DNA from: Gemmatimonadaceae bacterium
GTDB taxonomy: Bacteria; Gemmatimonadota; Gemmatimonadetes; Gemmatimonadales; Gemmatimonadaceae
DNA length: 56,236 nt
Assembly: GCA_040902005.1 (NCBI GenBank)
Contig: JBBDYA010000135.1
Location: 1 to 56,236 of the forward strand
Reading direction: 5' to 3'
Positions 56,156 through 56,236 of this stretch are shown here, piece by piece. Under the pieces are notes generated by a model. The model saw only the letters and a list, made by a program, of their open reading frames with translations. It was not told where the DNA came from and searched no databases. The position numbers were made by a program, and so were the translations under genes. Every line of letters begins with the position of its first letter. Position 1 is the stretch's first letter.

Positions 56156-56236
56156 GAGGACCTCTCGGGGGGGGGGGTGGCTGGGAACTGGCATTCACGC
56201 GACGCGCGTACCCGCATCTGAGAGGATGGCGACAGA

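Noticed and set aside
47914..56236. Integron cassette array in the small-gene region
   Set aside because: Genes are in mixed orientation, no recurring RYYYAAC...GTTRRRY attC hairpins were found, and there is no integrase.

Overview
56 kb high-GC bacterial chromosomal window; the gene set and order suggest Gemmatimonadota (inference). Positions 1-48 kb are mostly housekeeping or conserved genes: iscS-mnmA; a leftward run of TolC, a periplasmic adaptor, one ABC ATPase and SIX MacB/FtsX-type permeases, then bshB1, kynA and a Tat-exported class-V PLP enzyme; creatininase; a large membrane histidine kinase; a pseudokinase-kinase tandem protein; comM; arsR-arsM-arsN2 with two visible operators; larE-thpR; an NtrX-like regulator; ALDH; lepB; a sigma-70 factor; a DGQHR protein; and yajQ-rimO-spoIID(frameshifted)-Gfo/Idh/MocA-DUF4105-hydantoinase A/B. 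Positions 48-56 kb are an accessory patchwork of small genes. The most notable non-gene signals are: (1) a GxxExxY (PD-(D/E)XK-like) gene bracketed by an inverted repeat whose CRCGGA core recurs as six intergenic 9-10-nt tandem arrays, suggesting a nuclease plus repeat mobile family; (2) a promoter-driven, structured ~120-nt leader upstream of an ankyrin-repeat gene that is itself flanked by two of those arrays; (3) several long-hairpin MITE/REP-like elements, some starting exactly at TAG stop codons; (4) many apparently leaderless genes. No rRNA, tRNA, CRISPR array, integrase or transposase was recognised. All calls come from manual motif reading; no database searches were run.
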